The notes under the pieces are model-generated. The model worked only from the letters and a program-made list of their open reading frames with translations. It was not told where the DNA came from and made no database searches. Below, in pieces: positions 47,565-59,121 of a stretch of 64,000 nucleotides of DNA. A program made the position numbers and the translations under genes. Each line of letters begins with the position of its first letter. Position 1 is the stretch's first letter. The DNA is from a virus (taxonomy: Duplodnaviria; Caudoviricetes): the IMG/VR virus record IMGVR_UViG_3300037067_005321, positions 32,001 to 96,000 of that record; one strand, given 5' to 3'.

Positions 47565-48056
47565 TTGTTGACAGAGTATCTCGTGGGAGGGCATATTAAT
47601 ATGGATTGCAAAAATTGTGCTAACTATAAACCTATTAAAGAAGAAGAATGCAAATTTAAAATAGGTGATAGAGTTAAAACTGTAAATGAATATTATGGTC
47701 CTTTTGGTAATAAAACATTAATAGGAACTGTAATTTTTACTCGCAGTAGAAATCCAAATAAGTCTTATCTCATATCTATGCAACTAGATAATAATAAAGA
47801 AATGATAAATATAGATGAAAACTGGCTTGAACTATATAATGAAAAAATATTAACTCTTAGGCTTTTAGATGGGCATATTCAAGAATTTAAAGAAGAAGAA
47901 TTAATTCCATATGAAACAATTATAATAAGTTGTATTGGAGAAAGAATTTTTGATGAATTTAAAAACAAGTCCACTTGGGTGAATACTAGTGATTATAATT
48001 TTTGGATAGGACATGATTCTAAAAATCAATTAATAATAGTATTCACTAGAAAGTAA
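47565..48056 (+). CDS. Hypothetical protein (SH3-like FKIGDRV segment); real start probably about 47601
   Basis: ORF track; GGGAGG before the second ATG. Confidence 0.5.
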   Translation: MLTEYLVGGHINMDCKNCANYKPIKEEECKFKIGDRVKTVNEYYGPFGNKTLIGTVIFTRSRNPNKSYLISMQLDNNKEMINIDENWLELYNEKILTLRLLDGHIQEFKEEELIPYETIIISCIGERIFDEFKNKSTWVNTSDYNFWIGHDSKNQLIIVFTRK

Positions 48057-49006
48057 TATTATCTGAGAATTGACACAAATATGTATATATATTTGTGTCA
48101 ATTTTATTGATTCTATTAATGGAGGTAAAATGAAATATCAAGGTAAGTTTAATTTTTCTGGGCAAGTAATAACTTTATATACTGATGCTAAATCTAAATC
48201 AAGAGCATACTATAATTTTATTACTAGATTATCTAAAATGGTCAACTATTCAACACAATTTTTAAAAAGTTATTTTGTATTTTATAAAAACAATTATAAT
48301 ATAATGGAGGTAAAATGAAAATAAAAGATATCCAAAATAGGCAAGAATTAGTATTAATTACAGATTCACAGGAAATTAAAGCAGTTGCAGAAGGAATAGG
48401 AAAAGATCTATCTTGTTATGGATGTTTATTTGTAGAAATTATTGGTTGTGAATATGGAGATATTTATGCTTGTCTTAATAGTATCCCATATTTAGATCAG
48501 GAATTATTTAAGGTAAATAGTTATGTACAAAATTAAATATCATGGTATAAAAAGTGGGGTAATGTTTGAATGTAAATATAATTTATATTCAACTTTTCTA
48601 TTATTACTTGAATTATTACTAATTAATAGAGATTTATTTAAAGTAGATTATATTAAAAAGGAGAAATAAATGGATAATAAAGAATTAATTAATGATATTT
48701 TTATATTGAAACGCTGTCTTTATTGTGGTATGAGAGCTTATAATATAGGACCTTGTAAAATTAATTATTGTTTTTATTATCATCTATTAAAAAAGATATT
48801 AAGAAAAGACTATAAGGAGGAATAATTATGAATAAAGTAGAAGGAAAAGAGGTTAGAGAAGATACATATATCTTATATTTGGAAAATGTAATACTAGTAA
48901 TAATAAAACAATTATTTATACAAACTATTTTATCTCCTTCTTCTATAGAAAAGTGTTTAAAAATTAAGAAGGAAATTGAATTAAATCAATATAATAGAGG
49001 TATAAA

Positions 49007-49420
49007 ATGAGTGAACCAGATAAAAATTGTAAAGATTCATTTTATGGTGCAAGAAGTGAATTAATATCTGCAATGTCTTCTTTACACATGGATGATGAAA
49101 TTGATATTGATTGGAGTCCTATTTATAAATATCTTGAGGAAGAAACTGAGGAGGAAAGACTAGAAGAAAATATTCCTTTCTTAGATGAAAAATATACTTT
49201 TGCAAAACATGCAAAAGAACATTTGAAACAGGCAAATAGATATTTAACTCAGTTAGAAAAAGAACGTAGAAATTTTAAAAGTAATATATTCAATATTCTT
49301 TTAAATGAAAATAATAGTCTTGAAGAAAAGAAGAGAGAAATTATTAATCTTATCATATATGATACAATTGAGAAAGATGAACTTTCTAACTTAAATCAAT
49401 TTAATAAAAAGGAGAAATAA
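49007..49420 (+). CDS. Hypothetical protein
   Basis: ORF track. Confidence 0.5.
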   Translation: MSEPDKNCKDSFYGARSELISAMSSLHMDDEIDIDWSPIYKYLEEETEEERLEENIPFLDEKYTFAKHAKEHLKQANRYLTQLEKERRNFKSNIFNILLNENNSLEEKKREIINLIIYDTIEKDELSNLNQFNKKEK

Positions 49421-49423
49421 ATT

Positions 49424-50383
49424 ATGAGTTATTCAGATATAATACAAAAGTTTGTAGAAGGTAGGACTAAAGATTTAGGAACTGGAAATGTGTTCATTAG
49501 GAATGATACTCTATTCAGTTATGGAACTCATTTTCCTTTACTGTTAAGAATGCCACATTGGAATGGATTTCTTTTAAATGCAGATAAATATTCAGTTTCT
49601 ACTTCAAAACACCAAAGATGGTGCTTTAAATATGCTACTGTACAAATTCCTTTTAGTGCATTAATTCCAGCACTACAAGATAAGTTTCATGTTCATTATT
49701 CCAGTGATCTAAAAGAATTAAATCTTATTGACAAAGCTAAAGAAAAATGGGAGCTTGTTAGCTATTATAGAAAAGATGCAACTACAGATTGGAAAGTTAA
49801 ACATATTTCTATAGCAGATTTTAATAAACTCGGTGAAGAAAAACAATATTATCAAAAACATGAAGAACGAAGACCAGAAGCATGTGTAATAGAATATAAA
49901 GGAAGATATTTTTTATCATCTATGGATGAAGATCAATATTTTATATCTGAATTGCCAGAACCTTGTAAAACTGTAGAAGAGGCTTTTGATTCTCTTAAAC
50001 CAAGAGAAATATTTAATAATAATATTAAAGATTATCATAGACAAGGCGAATGGTTTTTTGTTGATCTTCAAATTCCAAAAAAGGAGGCAAAGAAAAGTTA
50101 TGAATGTTTAGAAAAAGATTTTATTCTTCCAAGACCAGTAGATTCTGGGGGCAATCCATTAGGAAATAAACATATTGCTACTAGAGGAGGATTTGGTATG
50201 GACATTTTCTTTAATGAGACTCCAAAAATATCAATTAATACTAAAACTTTAATTACTACAGGACAGATTAAACATCGTCAACACAAAATATTAAGATTAT
50301 CTACATCTAAAGATATTAAATTATTTGCTGCATTTAGAGGGAGAGATGTTCAATCTTGGTCTGCTAGTGGAAGAGTAGATTAG
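49424..50383 (+). CDS. Conserved-looking early phage protein
   Basis: LFSYGTHFP, YSVSTSKHQ, EAFDSLKP, RQGEWFF motifs. Confidence 0.6.
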   Translation: MSYSDIIQKFVEGRTKDLGTGNVFIRNDTLFSYGTHFPLLLRMPHWNGFLLNADKYSVSTSKHQRWCFKYATVQIPFSALIPALQDKFHVHYSSDLKELNLIDKAKEKWELVSYYRKDATTDWKVKHISIADFNKLGEEKQYYQKHEERRPEACVIEYKGRYFLSSMDEDQYFISELPEPCKTVEEAFDSLKPREIFNNNIKDYHRQGEWFFVDLQIPKKEAKKSYECLEKDFILPRPVDSGGNPLGNKHIATRGGFGMDIFFNETPKISINTKTLITTGQIKHRQHKILRLSTSKDIKLFAAFRGRDVQSWSASGRVD

Positions 50384-50534
50384 AAAGGATATTAAATTGA
50401 AATCTGATAATAGAAAGATTATAGATACTAGTAAATTAATTGATATTAAATGTTCATGTGGGTCTAATAAATATAATATTATCAGTACAAAACAAGGAAA
50501 AATTGGTGTATGTATTCTATGTGGTAGAAAAATA

Positions 50535-50620
50535 AATAAATAGTTTCTGAGACATAGTAATTGCATTATAACATTGGGTCTGTTAGTGTGCAATTACTAT
50601 GTTAATTGAAGTTATTTATT
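50535..50620 (+). other. Long intergenic hairpin (RNase III-like substrate)
   Basis: 14-bp perfect ACATAGTAATTGCA/TGCAATTACTATGT with outer and inner stems. Confidence 0.55.
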
Positions 50621-51890
50621 AACTTTTAGCTTGAGGGCTTTTGTGGATTAAATATGCAAGTGTCTATTATGCTTATGAATTTTATAAACCTATATTTTAA
50701 AATGGAGGATTGAATGAAAAATAATTTATATTTAAAGAAGGATAAACCTTGTGATAAGTTTGAATCTTGTCAAATACCAGAAGAGAAAACAAGTGTCTGT
50801 TTTAATTGTGGATTCCTTAGAAAGGAACATAAAAAAGGAGAAGTGAACATATTTATAATTAAAAAAGAATGTGGAAAATTAGTATTTTCACTAGAATATA
50901 TTATTAAAAATATAGAATATAGAATATATAAAGATGAAGTATCTACTGAATTAAAAAACTGTTTTGATTATTTAAATAATATTAAAAAGGAGTTTGAAAA
51001 TGGATAATATATGTAAAAATTGTTATTTTTGGAAAAGAAATAAAGAAAATATATTTTTAGGTTATACTACATCTAGATATTTGTTATTTGGTGATTGTAG
51101 CTCAGACAAATTTGTATATATAGAAGATGGTAATACTCCTATAGATGGTTTTGAATACTCAGATGCAGAAGGATATAATGCTTCTTTTAAAACTGGTGAA
51201 CAATTTGGTTGTATTCATTTTAAGGAGATTAATAATGGATAATATAGAAAGAGGTAAACAAATTATAAGTAGGATAGATGAAATTGATAAGGAAATAGAT
51301 AATCTTAATATTAAAGTAGATATTTATATGAAGGAATGGGAGAAACTTGAAAAAGAATGGTCTGATTTAGTGGAGATAAAGGAATGATAACACTATTTTC
51401 ATTAATTAAACAATTATTTTGTAAACATAAATATATACCTTATATGGATGGATCTAAAATATTTGTGTGTACTAAATGTCTTAAAATTAAATATTTGAAG
51501 GAGTAATAGAATGAAAGAAGAAGAAATTAATCTACAAATAGATAAACTATTGTGTGAATTAGATAGAATTGCAAGACAAGATAATCAATATGATAATGGA
51601 TTACCAATTAATAATAGAGATCTTTATCTTTCAATGAAAATTGCAGTAGTACAAACTATTACTAAAATAATAGAGGTTAATAAAATGCAAGAACTAAAAT
51701 ATTGTAAAGATTGTAAGTATGCTGAAATAAATATATTCTCTTTTATTTTTAATTATGAATTTATAAAATGTTCATATATAAAAGATATGGTAACTGGAAA
51801 AGGAAAATATTACTGTTCTACTATGAAAGATTGTGGATTATGTAGAAATGATAATATAAAAAATCATTTTGAACCAAGGAGAATTAAAAA

Positions 51891-52652
51891 ATGACATATG
51901 AAATTGAATCAATAGATTATAAAGATTGTAGAATAAGTATTATACAGGATGATTATCCTATTGATCCTAGAAATGAAGATTTTCAAACTAACTTTGGAAA
52001 GATGTGTTGTTGGTATAGAAATCATAATCTTGGTGATTATAAATTAGTTAATGATAGTTCACCAGATTATTTTCTTCTAAATTTACTTCAAGATTGGTAT
52101 GATAGTGAAATAGTTGAGAAATGGTATGAAGAAAAAGATTTTACTGAATTTATAGAATTTGCTATTGACAAATTAAGTGAACATGCTATTGTTCTCCCAT
52201 TAGTATTATTAGATCATTCGGGTTTATGTATGAGAGTTGGTAATTCTTTTGCTGAAGATCCTGGTGGGTGGGATTCTTCTAGAATAGGATTTATTTATGC
52301 TACTTTTGAAGATATTAAAAATGAATTATGTTATACTTCAAGAAAGAAGAAAAATCCTGATCTTAAACCAGTTAAAAGAATATCTAAAAAACTATTAGAA
52401 AAAGCTAGACAGATGTTAATAAATGAAGTAAAAGAATATAGTCAATATTTAGAAGGAGATATTTGTGCATTTAAAATATTTGATGAAGAGGAAATGATAG
52501 ATTCTTGTTATGGATTTTATGATCAGGAACATTGTATCCAAGAAGCAAAAAGTTATGTAGATTGGTATCAAGAAGCAAAAAGTTATGTAGATTGGTATGT
52601 TGTAGACAAACAGAAAAGATTAGATAAAGAATCTCTAATAATGACAGCATGA
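51891..52652 (+). CDS. Conserved-looking early phage protein with C-terminal 10-aa duplication
   Basis: DHSGL, WDSS.IGFIY, Y..YL.GD, DSCYGFY. Confidence 0.6.
   Translation: MTYEIESIDYKDCRISIIQDDYPIDPRNEDFQTNFGKMCCWYRNHNLGDYKLVNDSSPDYFLLNLLQDWYDSEIVEKWYEEKDFTEFIEFAIDKLSEHAIVLPLVLLDHSGLCMRVGNSFAEDPGGWDSSRIGFIYATFEDIKNELCYTSRKKKNPDLKPVKRISKKLLEKARQMLINEVKEYSQYLEGDICAFKIFDEEEMIDSCYGFYDQEHCIQEAKSYVDWYQEAKSYVDWYVVDKQKRLDKESLIMTA
52539..52598 (+). repeat. Perfect 30-bp tandem duplication
   Basis: CAAGAAGCAAAAAGTTATGTAGATTGGTAT x2. Confidence 0.9.
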
Positions 52653-53194
52653 TACGCACAGTATTTTATATTGGTAGTTTATTGGTAATAAGTTTCTTTC
52701 TATATAACCAATATTTAGATTTTAAATATTATATAGATACTCCTATTATAAACTCAAATTATATTGCCACTAAAAAGGTAAAGATTGCAATGTCTTATCA
52801 TGGTATTAAGATGTGTACTATGATACAACATGATGGAAAAGATTATTATATATTTATTAGAGATGGTAAAGTTTTTGATTTATTTGACACTAAACAATTT
52901 CCTGGATTAAGGAGAAAGCTAAATGAGTAAAAGAGTGATATTAGATATTATAATATCTATTATATTTCCATCTACGTTCTTATATATATTTACTAAAGTA
53001 TTATTTAATCTTACACAAACTGAATCAATATTATTATTTATAATATTCATTATAATATTTATTAGTGTTAGAATATTTGATATTTTAATAAGGAGAAAAT
53101 AGGTTGTAACAAGTTAGTAGAAATGTCACCATATACTAAATACTATGTAGATAAATATGAAAATCCTGAAAATAAAGATGATTGGGGAGATTAA

Positions 53195-54211
53195 ATGAAC
53201 ATATCACAATTTAAGCAAGCAATTAAAATATGTATGAAAGCGGATATTCCTTTATTTGCCTGGGGTCCGCCTGGAATTGGCAAAACTGAAGGAGTTAGAC
53301 AATTAGCAGATGAATTAAATATTGGATTTATATCTATAACTGCACCATTGTTGCAACCAGTTGATTTACTTGGATTACCAGATAGAGATAATCATAAAAC
53401 TATTTGGTTACGTCCTGATATATTACCAACTGAAGGAGAAGGAATAATATTAATTGATGAAATTCCTGATGCTACTCCATTAATGCAAAAAGCATTTTAT
53501 TCTTTAATTCTTGAGCATAGAATTCAATCTCATATTATTCCTAAATCTTGGTATATTTGTGGAGCAGGAAATAGAGCAGAAGATAAAACATTTTCCTCTA
53601 CTATTCCTTCTGCATTAATAACCAGATTTGCACATATTGGAGTATGTTGTTCAGCACCAGATTTTACAGAATCAACAGTTGAAAAAGCAGATATAGATAT
53701 AGATGATTTTGTCTCATACGCAGTTAATAATTTTAATTCATTAATATCAGCATATTCTAAATTCAGACCTGAATTTACTTATAGGCATCAATCTACTCCA
53801 AGAACTTTAGAATATACTAGCAGATTGCTTAATACTGTATCTAATCCATTTGATAATGGACTAAGTTTTGTATTCAGTGAATTAGTAAAAGGAACTTTAG
53901 GTAGTGAGGTTGGATTAGAATTTGTAAGATTTATTAAACTTGCTACTGAAATTCCAAGTTTAGATCTTATAATAAAAGATCCAGATAATGCAGTAATACC
54001 AACTAAGAAAGATGTACAATATGCTGTAGTAACAGCTTTAATTAGACTTTTAAAGGAGGATAATGACACTAATATAATGAAGTATATTAAAAGGTTATTG
54101 CCTGAGATGCAGTTTTTCTTCTTTAATATTGCAAAGAAGACTAAACCATTTATAATTACTAATAGAGAATTTATTAATTGGAGCAATATAAATTCCAGTT
54201 ATCTTATATAA
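53195..54211 (+). CDS. MoxR-like AAA+ ATPase
   Basis: WGPPGIGKT, ILIDE, GAGNR, ALITRF, TPR. Confidence 0.85.
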   Translation: MNISQFKQAIKICMKADIPLFAWGPPGIGKTEGVRQLADELNIGFISITAPLLQPVDLLGLPDRDNHKTIWLRPDILPTEGEGIILIDEIPDATPLMQKAFYSLILEHRIQSHIIPKSWYICGAGNRAEDKTFSSTIPSALITRFAHIGVCCSAPDFTESTVEKADIDIDDFVSYAVNNFNSLISAYSKFRPEFTYRHQSTPRTLEYTSRLLNTVSNPFDNGLSFVFSELVKGTLGSEVGLEFVRFIKLATEIPSLDLIIKDPDNAVIPTKKDVQYAVVTALIRLLKEDNDTNIMKYIKRLLPEMQFFFFNIAKKTKPFIITNREFINWSNINSSYLI

Positions 54212-54573
54212 TATATAAAAGGAGATAATATAATATGATAGAAAATAATATAGATAATAGAAAGAAACTTGCAGAAGCTATTGTTGATGCTTGTGACATG
54301 GATGCATTATTAGATTATTTTTTTGAGTCTCAACATAGTTATCTACAAGATGTTGATAATGAAGAATTTAATAAATTATGGAGTCTTTATTTTGATAAAG
54401 AATAGTTATATTTATATAGGTTTACTATGTATAATATTTGGAAATCAAATGGAATATACTAATCAAATAATGATAATAGTATCTGAATTATTAATTATAA
54501 TTGGTTCTATTATGATTAATAGTAAAATACAAGAAATAATTAAACTAATAAAGGAAAATAAGGAGAAATAATT

Positions 54574-55473
54574 ATGGAAAATATAAGTGATTCATTAGTA
54601 AAGAAAGCCATCTTAGTAAAAGTAACTGTACACAAACATGATTTTTCTGAGAGAGATGATGAAAGAATAATGGAACTATCAGAAAAGTATGGAGTAGATC
54701 CTAAACTTCTTAATCTTAAAAAGACAACAATGATGAAGGAGTTTACTAAATCAATTGATAAAATTATAGGTTCTATTAATCCATTATTCCATGAACTTAC
54801 TCTACCATGGAAAGACGGTGGTTGGAGATTGCTAAATGTAAACACATTTACAAAGTTTGAGAAAGCATTTAGAGAAAAGAATGAAGAATTGAAAGAAGCA
54901 TTAGAAGATTTTATACCATCTTATTCTGAGTTTATTAATAGAACTAAATTAGCTTTAGGTGGAATGTCAGATAATATAGCTTATCCTGATCCAGCTTATC
55001 TTAAACAAAGATATTATTTTGAACTTAAATATGACCCACTTGTAACTTCAAATGACTTTAGAATAGAAGTATCTAATGATGTATATGAAAGTGTAAGGAA
55101 AAACTTTGAAGATAATTATGAAAACTCTATAAAAGAAGCAATGAATAATGTATGGAATAGAGTTATTTCTGCTATTAATAGATTGTATGAAAGATTTACA
55201 GCAGAAGAGTTTGAATGGACTAATTCAAAAGGAGAATCAGTACTTAGGAAACCAAGACTTTGTAATTCTATAATTGAAGATATTAAAAGTTTGATTGCAA
55301 TATTACCTGACATTAACATAACATCTGATCCAAATTTAAATGCTATTAGACAGGAACTTGAATCTAAATTTGCTAATATTGATATGAATGAGATAAAAGA
55401 AAATAGTCAATATAAGAAGGAAAAGGCAAAAGAAGCAGAGAAAATACTTAATGATATTAAGGCTTTTATTTAA
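54574..55473 (+). CDS. DUF3150-like helical protein associated with the AAA/vWA module
   Basis: TLPW.DGG.RLL, LG......YP, LP..NIT.DP.L. Confidence 0.6.
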   Translation: MENISDSLVKKAILVKVTVHKHDFSERDDERIMELSEKYGVDPKLLNLKKTTMMKEFTKSIDKIIGSINPLFHELTLPWKDGGWRLLNVNTFTKFEKAFREKNEELKEALEDFIPSYSEFINRTKLALGGMSDNIAYPDPAYLKQRYYFELKYDPLVTSNDFRIEVSNDVYESVRKNFEDNYENSIKEAMNNVWNRVISAINRLYERFTAEEFEWTNSKGESVLRKPRLCNSIIEDIKSLIAILPDINITSDPNLNAIRQELESKFANIDMNEIKENSQYKKEKAKEAEKILNDIKAFI

Positions 55474-55485
55474 GGAGACAAAATT

Positions 55486-55911
55486 ATGTGCTTAGATTAT
55501 TTAGTAGATAAAAAGGAATTTATTCCTTTGTTAAAGAAAGAAGGAAATTATTATGTTGGATATAAATATTTTAGAACTTATAACAAAAAATTAGCACCAA
55601 TCCACTGTGGAAAATCAACAGGTTATAAAACTAATACATGGTTAAATGAAAAAGATTTTAGAGATAATTTATATAGTAACAAATTACATTGTTATAGAAG
55701 TAACTCATGCTATAAACCAGGATTCCATATATTTTTAAATGATGATGATTTTACATACTATTCTACATACTTCTCTCCAAGAAGAAAGATTTATTTTAAA
55801 AATATAGTAAGTACTGGTAAGCAAAAGGGTAAAAATGTTGTAGTAGCTACTGATATTTTTATTCCATCTATTAAAAAACCAAGGAAACCAGGAAGATATA
55901 ATAATAGATGA
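55486..55911 (+). CDS. Hypothetical protein
   Basis: MCL...GYK.F...Y..GFHIF motif. Confidence 0.55.
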   Translation: MCLDYLVDKKEFIPLLKKEGNYYVGYKYFRTYNKKLAPIHCGKSTGYKTNTWLNEKDFRDNLYSNKLHCYRSNSCYKPGFHIFLNDDDFTYYSTYFSPRRKIYFKNIVSTGKQKGKNVVVATDIFIPSIKKPRKPGRYNNR

Positions 55912-55989
55912 TTATAAATAATTAATTTTATTATCCTGTTTATACTATATGTGTAGACAGGAATAATTTAATTAATAAAAAGGAGAAAT

Positions 55990-57279
55990 ATGCTAACGGA
56001 AAAACAAAGATTAGAACGAGCAAGAATTATATTATTAGAAGACAATTGTTTCTATGGATATATTCTTATGAATTTAGAATTAATAGAAGATATTAGAATT
56101 CCAACTGCATGTACTAATGGAAAATATATCAAGTTTAATCCAGAATTTACAAAACAATATAATGACAAACAACTAAGAACTTTATTAATGCATGAAGCAG
56201 ATCATATTATTTATAATCATCATACTAGAAGACAAGATAGAAATTCTTTAACTTGGAATGAAGCAGGGGATTATGTAATTAATTATGACTTGATTTACAA
56301 TGAACATTTTGATATGATACCAAGTATATTACTTGATACTAAATTTAAAGACATGTCAACAGAACAAGTTTATTCAATAATAGAAAAGGAGAAACAGAAT
56401 GAACAAAATAAAAATAATAGTTCTGATAGTGAATCTAATAGTAATGAAAGCTCTGAAGGAATAAAAGATGATTGTAACAATAGTAATTCTAATTCTACTG
56501 ACAGTAATAATGATAGAAATGGAGGAGAAGATGAACAAGGAGATTCTAATAATGATAATATTTCTGATTCTAATGATGATATTTTTGATGATGCTAAATC
56601 AGATATAAAAGAATATACTTCATTAGGAGAAGTAGAAGATTTAAAAGAAGGAGAATCTATACAAGAGGAAGAAGAACGTGTAAGAGAAATGATAAATGAG
56701 GCAATAATACATGCAGAAAAAGCAGGTCAATTATCAGGAGATATGAAAAGAAAATTTACTGAGCTTATTAAACCAAAAGTTCCTTGGGAGAGAATAATAG
56801 ATAAATGGATGCAGGAGAAGTTTAATAATGATTTTAATTTCTGTAATAGAGATTCTAGAATACTTGATTATTTCTTTCCTTCTCTTGAATCTGAAGAATT
56901 AGGACTTATAATAATAGCAATTGATACATCTGGCTCAATAAATCAGAATCTACTTAATAGATTTATATCTGAAATAAATAGTTTGAGGAAGAAGTATAGT
57001 TTTGCTACTCTATTGATACAGTGTGATGCTAAAATTCAGTTTGAAAAGAAGTTTCTTAAAACTCAGGAAATTAAATTTGAAATAATGGGATATGGAGGAA
57101 CAGATTATACACCTGTATTTAAGAGAGTAGAAGAACTCAGAGAGAACTCTATTGGTTTGGTCTACTTTACAGACCTTGAATGTTATGATTTTGGTGAGAA
57201 ACCTAAATATGATGTACTTTGGATAACAGATAATAAACATGGTAAAGCACCATTTGGAAAAGTTGTTCAAATGGATTAA
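55990..57279 (+). CDS. Metallopeptidase-vWA protein (DUF2201-like)
   Basis: TACTNG, HEADH, WN.A.DY.IN, acidic linker, IDTSGS MIDAS, GGTD, FTD. Confidence 0.85.
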   Translation: MLTEKQRLERARIILLEDNCFYGYILMNLELIEDIRIPTACTNGKYIKFNPEFTKQYNDKQLRTLLMHEADHIIYNHHTRRQDRNSLTWNEAGDYVINYDLIYNEHFDMIPSILLDTKFKDMSTEQVYSIIEKEKQNEQNKNNSSDSESNSNESSEGIKDDCNNSNSNSTDSNNDRNGGEDEQGDSNNDNISDSNDDIFDDAKSDIKEYTSLGEVEDLKEGESIQEEEERVREMINEAIIHAEKAGQLSGDMKRKFTELIKPKVPWERIIDKWMQEKFNNDFNFCNRDSRILDYFFPSLESEELGLIIIAIDTSGSINQNLLNRFISEINSLRKKYSFATLLIQCDAKIQFEKKFLKTQEIKFEIMGYGGTDYTPVFKRVEELRENSIGLVYFTDLECYDFGEKPKYDVLWITDNKHGKAPFGKVVQMD

Positions 57280-57359
57280 AAGTAGATTGAGGGTTTTTGG
57301 GGGCTAAATATATAACTATCAGAAATAACTATAAATTTTTGAAAGGAGATAAATAAAAA

Positions 57360-58538
57360 ATGTATAAATTTAAAGAAGAAAATATGAAAATACCTGCATT
57401 TGTTTGGTCAGATCCGCCCGACAATAAAGCTATTGAGCAAATAGTAAATATATCATCATTGCCTTTTGCTTTTCACCATGTTGCGATAATGCCTGATTGC
57501 CATATGGGATATGGAATGCCTATTGGTGGAGTTTTAGCAACTAATGGTGTAATAGTCCCAAATTGTATAGGTGTGGATATTGGGTGTGGTATGACAGCAG
57601 TTAAAATATCTTTGTCTGAAATAGATATTGCTACTCTTAAAAAGATAATGGGTAAAATAAGAGAAGTTATTCCTACTGGATTTGAACATCATAAAGAAAA
57701 ACAAAATGAAAAATGGATGCCTAGTTTAAAGGATGTATGTAGGATTACTTATATTGTATTTCAAGAATATAGCAATGCACTTACTCAAATAGGAACTCTG
57801 GGTGGAGGAAATCATTTCATAGAAATACAAAAAGGATCTGATGGATATATTTATATAATGATTCATTCTGGAAGTAGAAATCTAGGAAAGAAAGTAGCAG
57901 ATCATTATAATAAAATAGCAAAACAATTAAATGAAAGATGGTTTTCCTCTGTTCCTAAAGAATGGGATTTAGCTTTTCTTCCTATTGAAACTAAAGAAGC
58001 AAAAGATTATTTTGATGAAATGAAATATTGTGTAAATTTTGCTTTTAGAAATAGAGAATTAATGATGTCACGAATATTAGAAATATTTATTGATGAATTT
58101 CCTATGGAATTTAATCATGATCCTATTATTAATATAGCACATAACTATGCAAGATGGGAAAATCATTATGGTAAAAATATAATTATACATAGAAAAGGAG
58201 CAACTTCAGCTAAAGAAGGAGAAATTGGTATAATTCCAGGCTCACAAGGTTCTAAATCTTATATTGTAGAAGGATTAGGTAATAAAGAATCATTTGAAAG
58301 TTGTTCTCATGGTGCAGGTAGAGCTATGGGGAGAAATGAAGCTACTAAAAAACTTAATTTAGAAGAAGAAATAAAAAAGTTGGATGATCAAGGAATTATT
58401 CATGGTATAAGAAATATAAAAGATTTAGACGAAGCTGTTGGAGCTTATAAAGCTATAGACAAAGTTATGGAAAATCAGATGGATCTTGTTAAGATATTAG
58501 TGGAACTTTCACCTTTAGCAGTAATAAAAGGAGATTGA
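57360..58538 (+). CDS. rtcB: RtcB RNA ligase
   Basis: MPD.H.GYG.PIGGV, GVDIGCG, GTLGGGNHFIE, HSGSR, HNYA, HRKGAT, SHGAGR. Confidence 0.95.
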   Translation: MYKFKEENMKIPAFVWSDPPDNKAIEQIVNISSLPFAFHHVAIMPDCHMGYGMPIGGVLATNGVIVPNCIGVDIGCGMTAVKISLSEIDIATLKKIMGKIREVIPTGFEHHKEKQNEKWMPSLKDVCRITYIVFQEYSNALTQIGTLGGGNHFIEIQKGSDGYIYIMIHSGSRNLGKKVADHYNKIAKQLNERWFSSVPKEWDLAFLPIETKEAKDYFDEMKYCVNFAFRNRELMMSRILEIFIDEFPMEFNHDPIINIAHNYARWENHYGKNIIIHRKGATSAKEGEIGIIPGSQGSKSYIVEGLGNKESFESCSHGAGRAMGRNEATKKLNLEEEIKKLDDQGIIHGIRNIKDLDEAVGAYKAIDKVMENQMDLVKILVELSPLAVIKGD

Positions 58539-58784
58539 ATGAAATCATTCGATGAAATGGACAAAATAAAAACAGATGAAGAACTAATAATAGAACAATA
58601 TAGAGCACTTATATCAAATTATGAAGCTAATATATTAATATTAAGTAGAACTATTTATAATATTCAAAAGGAGATTAGTAATAAAACCAATACTAGAGGA
58701 CAGATATCTAAAAAATGTGATATTCTAATTGACAGAGCAATATCAGCAATAACATTAAATAATGTAGATGGAGGTAAATGTTAA

Positions 58785-59120
58785 ATGAGTAAACTAAATA
58801 TTAAATTGATTAAAGGTTCAATAAAAAAGTGGGAAAATATAAGAGATAATGGTGTAGCAGATAAAGGGCCACACGATTGCCCACTATGTAAAAAATATAT
58901 TGATAGAGATTGTAGTAACTGCCCAATAAATTTATATACAGGAAACGCATATTGTCATAACTCCCCATATCATGATTGGGGGAAGCATCATGATGATTAT
59001 TTTTTAAGATCTGATCATTCTATATCCAATAGAATAGTTAGATGTAAAGAATGTATAGAATTATGCAATAAAGAAATTGAATTTTTATATAAAATACTTA
59101 AAATAGAAGAGGATAAATAA
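58785..59120 (+). CDS. Cys-rich hypothetical protein
   Basis: SIKKW...CPLC...C.NCPI. Confidence 0.55.
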   Translation: MSKLNIKLIKGSIKKWENIRDNGVADKGPHDCPLCKKYIDRDCSNCPINLYTGNAYCHNSPYHDWGKHHDDYFLRSDHSISNRIVRCKECIELCNKEIEFLYKILKIEEDK

Positions 59121-59121
59121 A

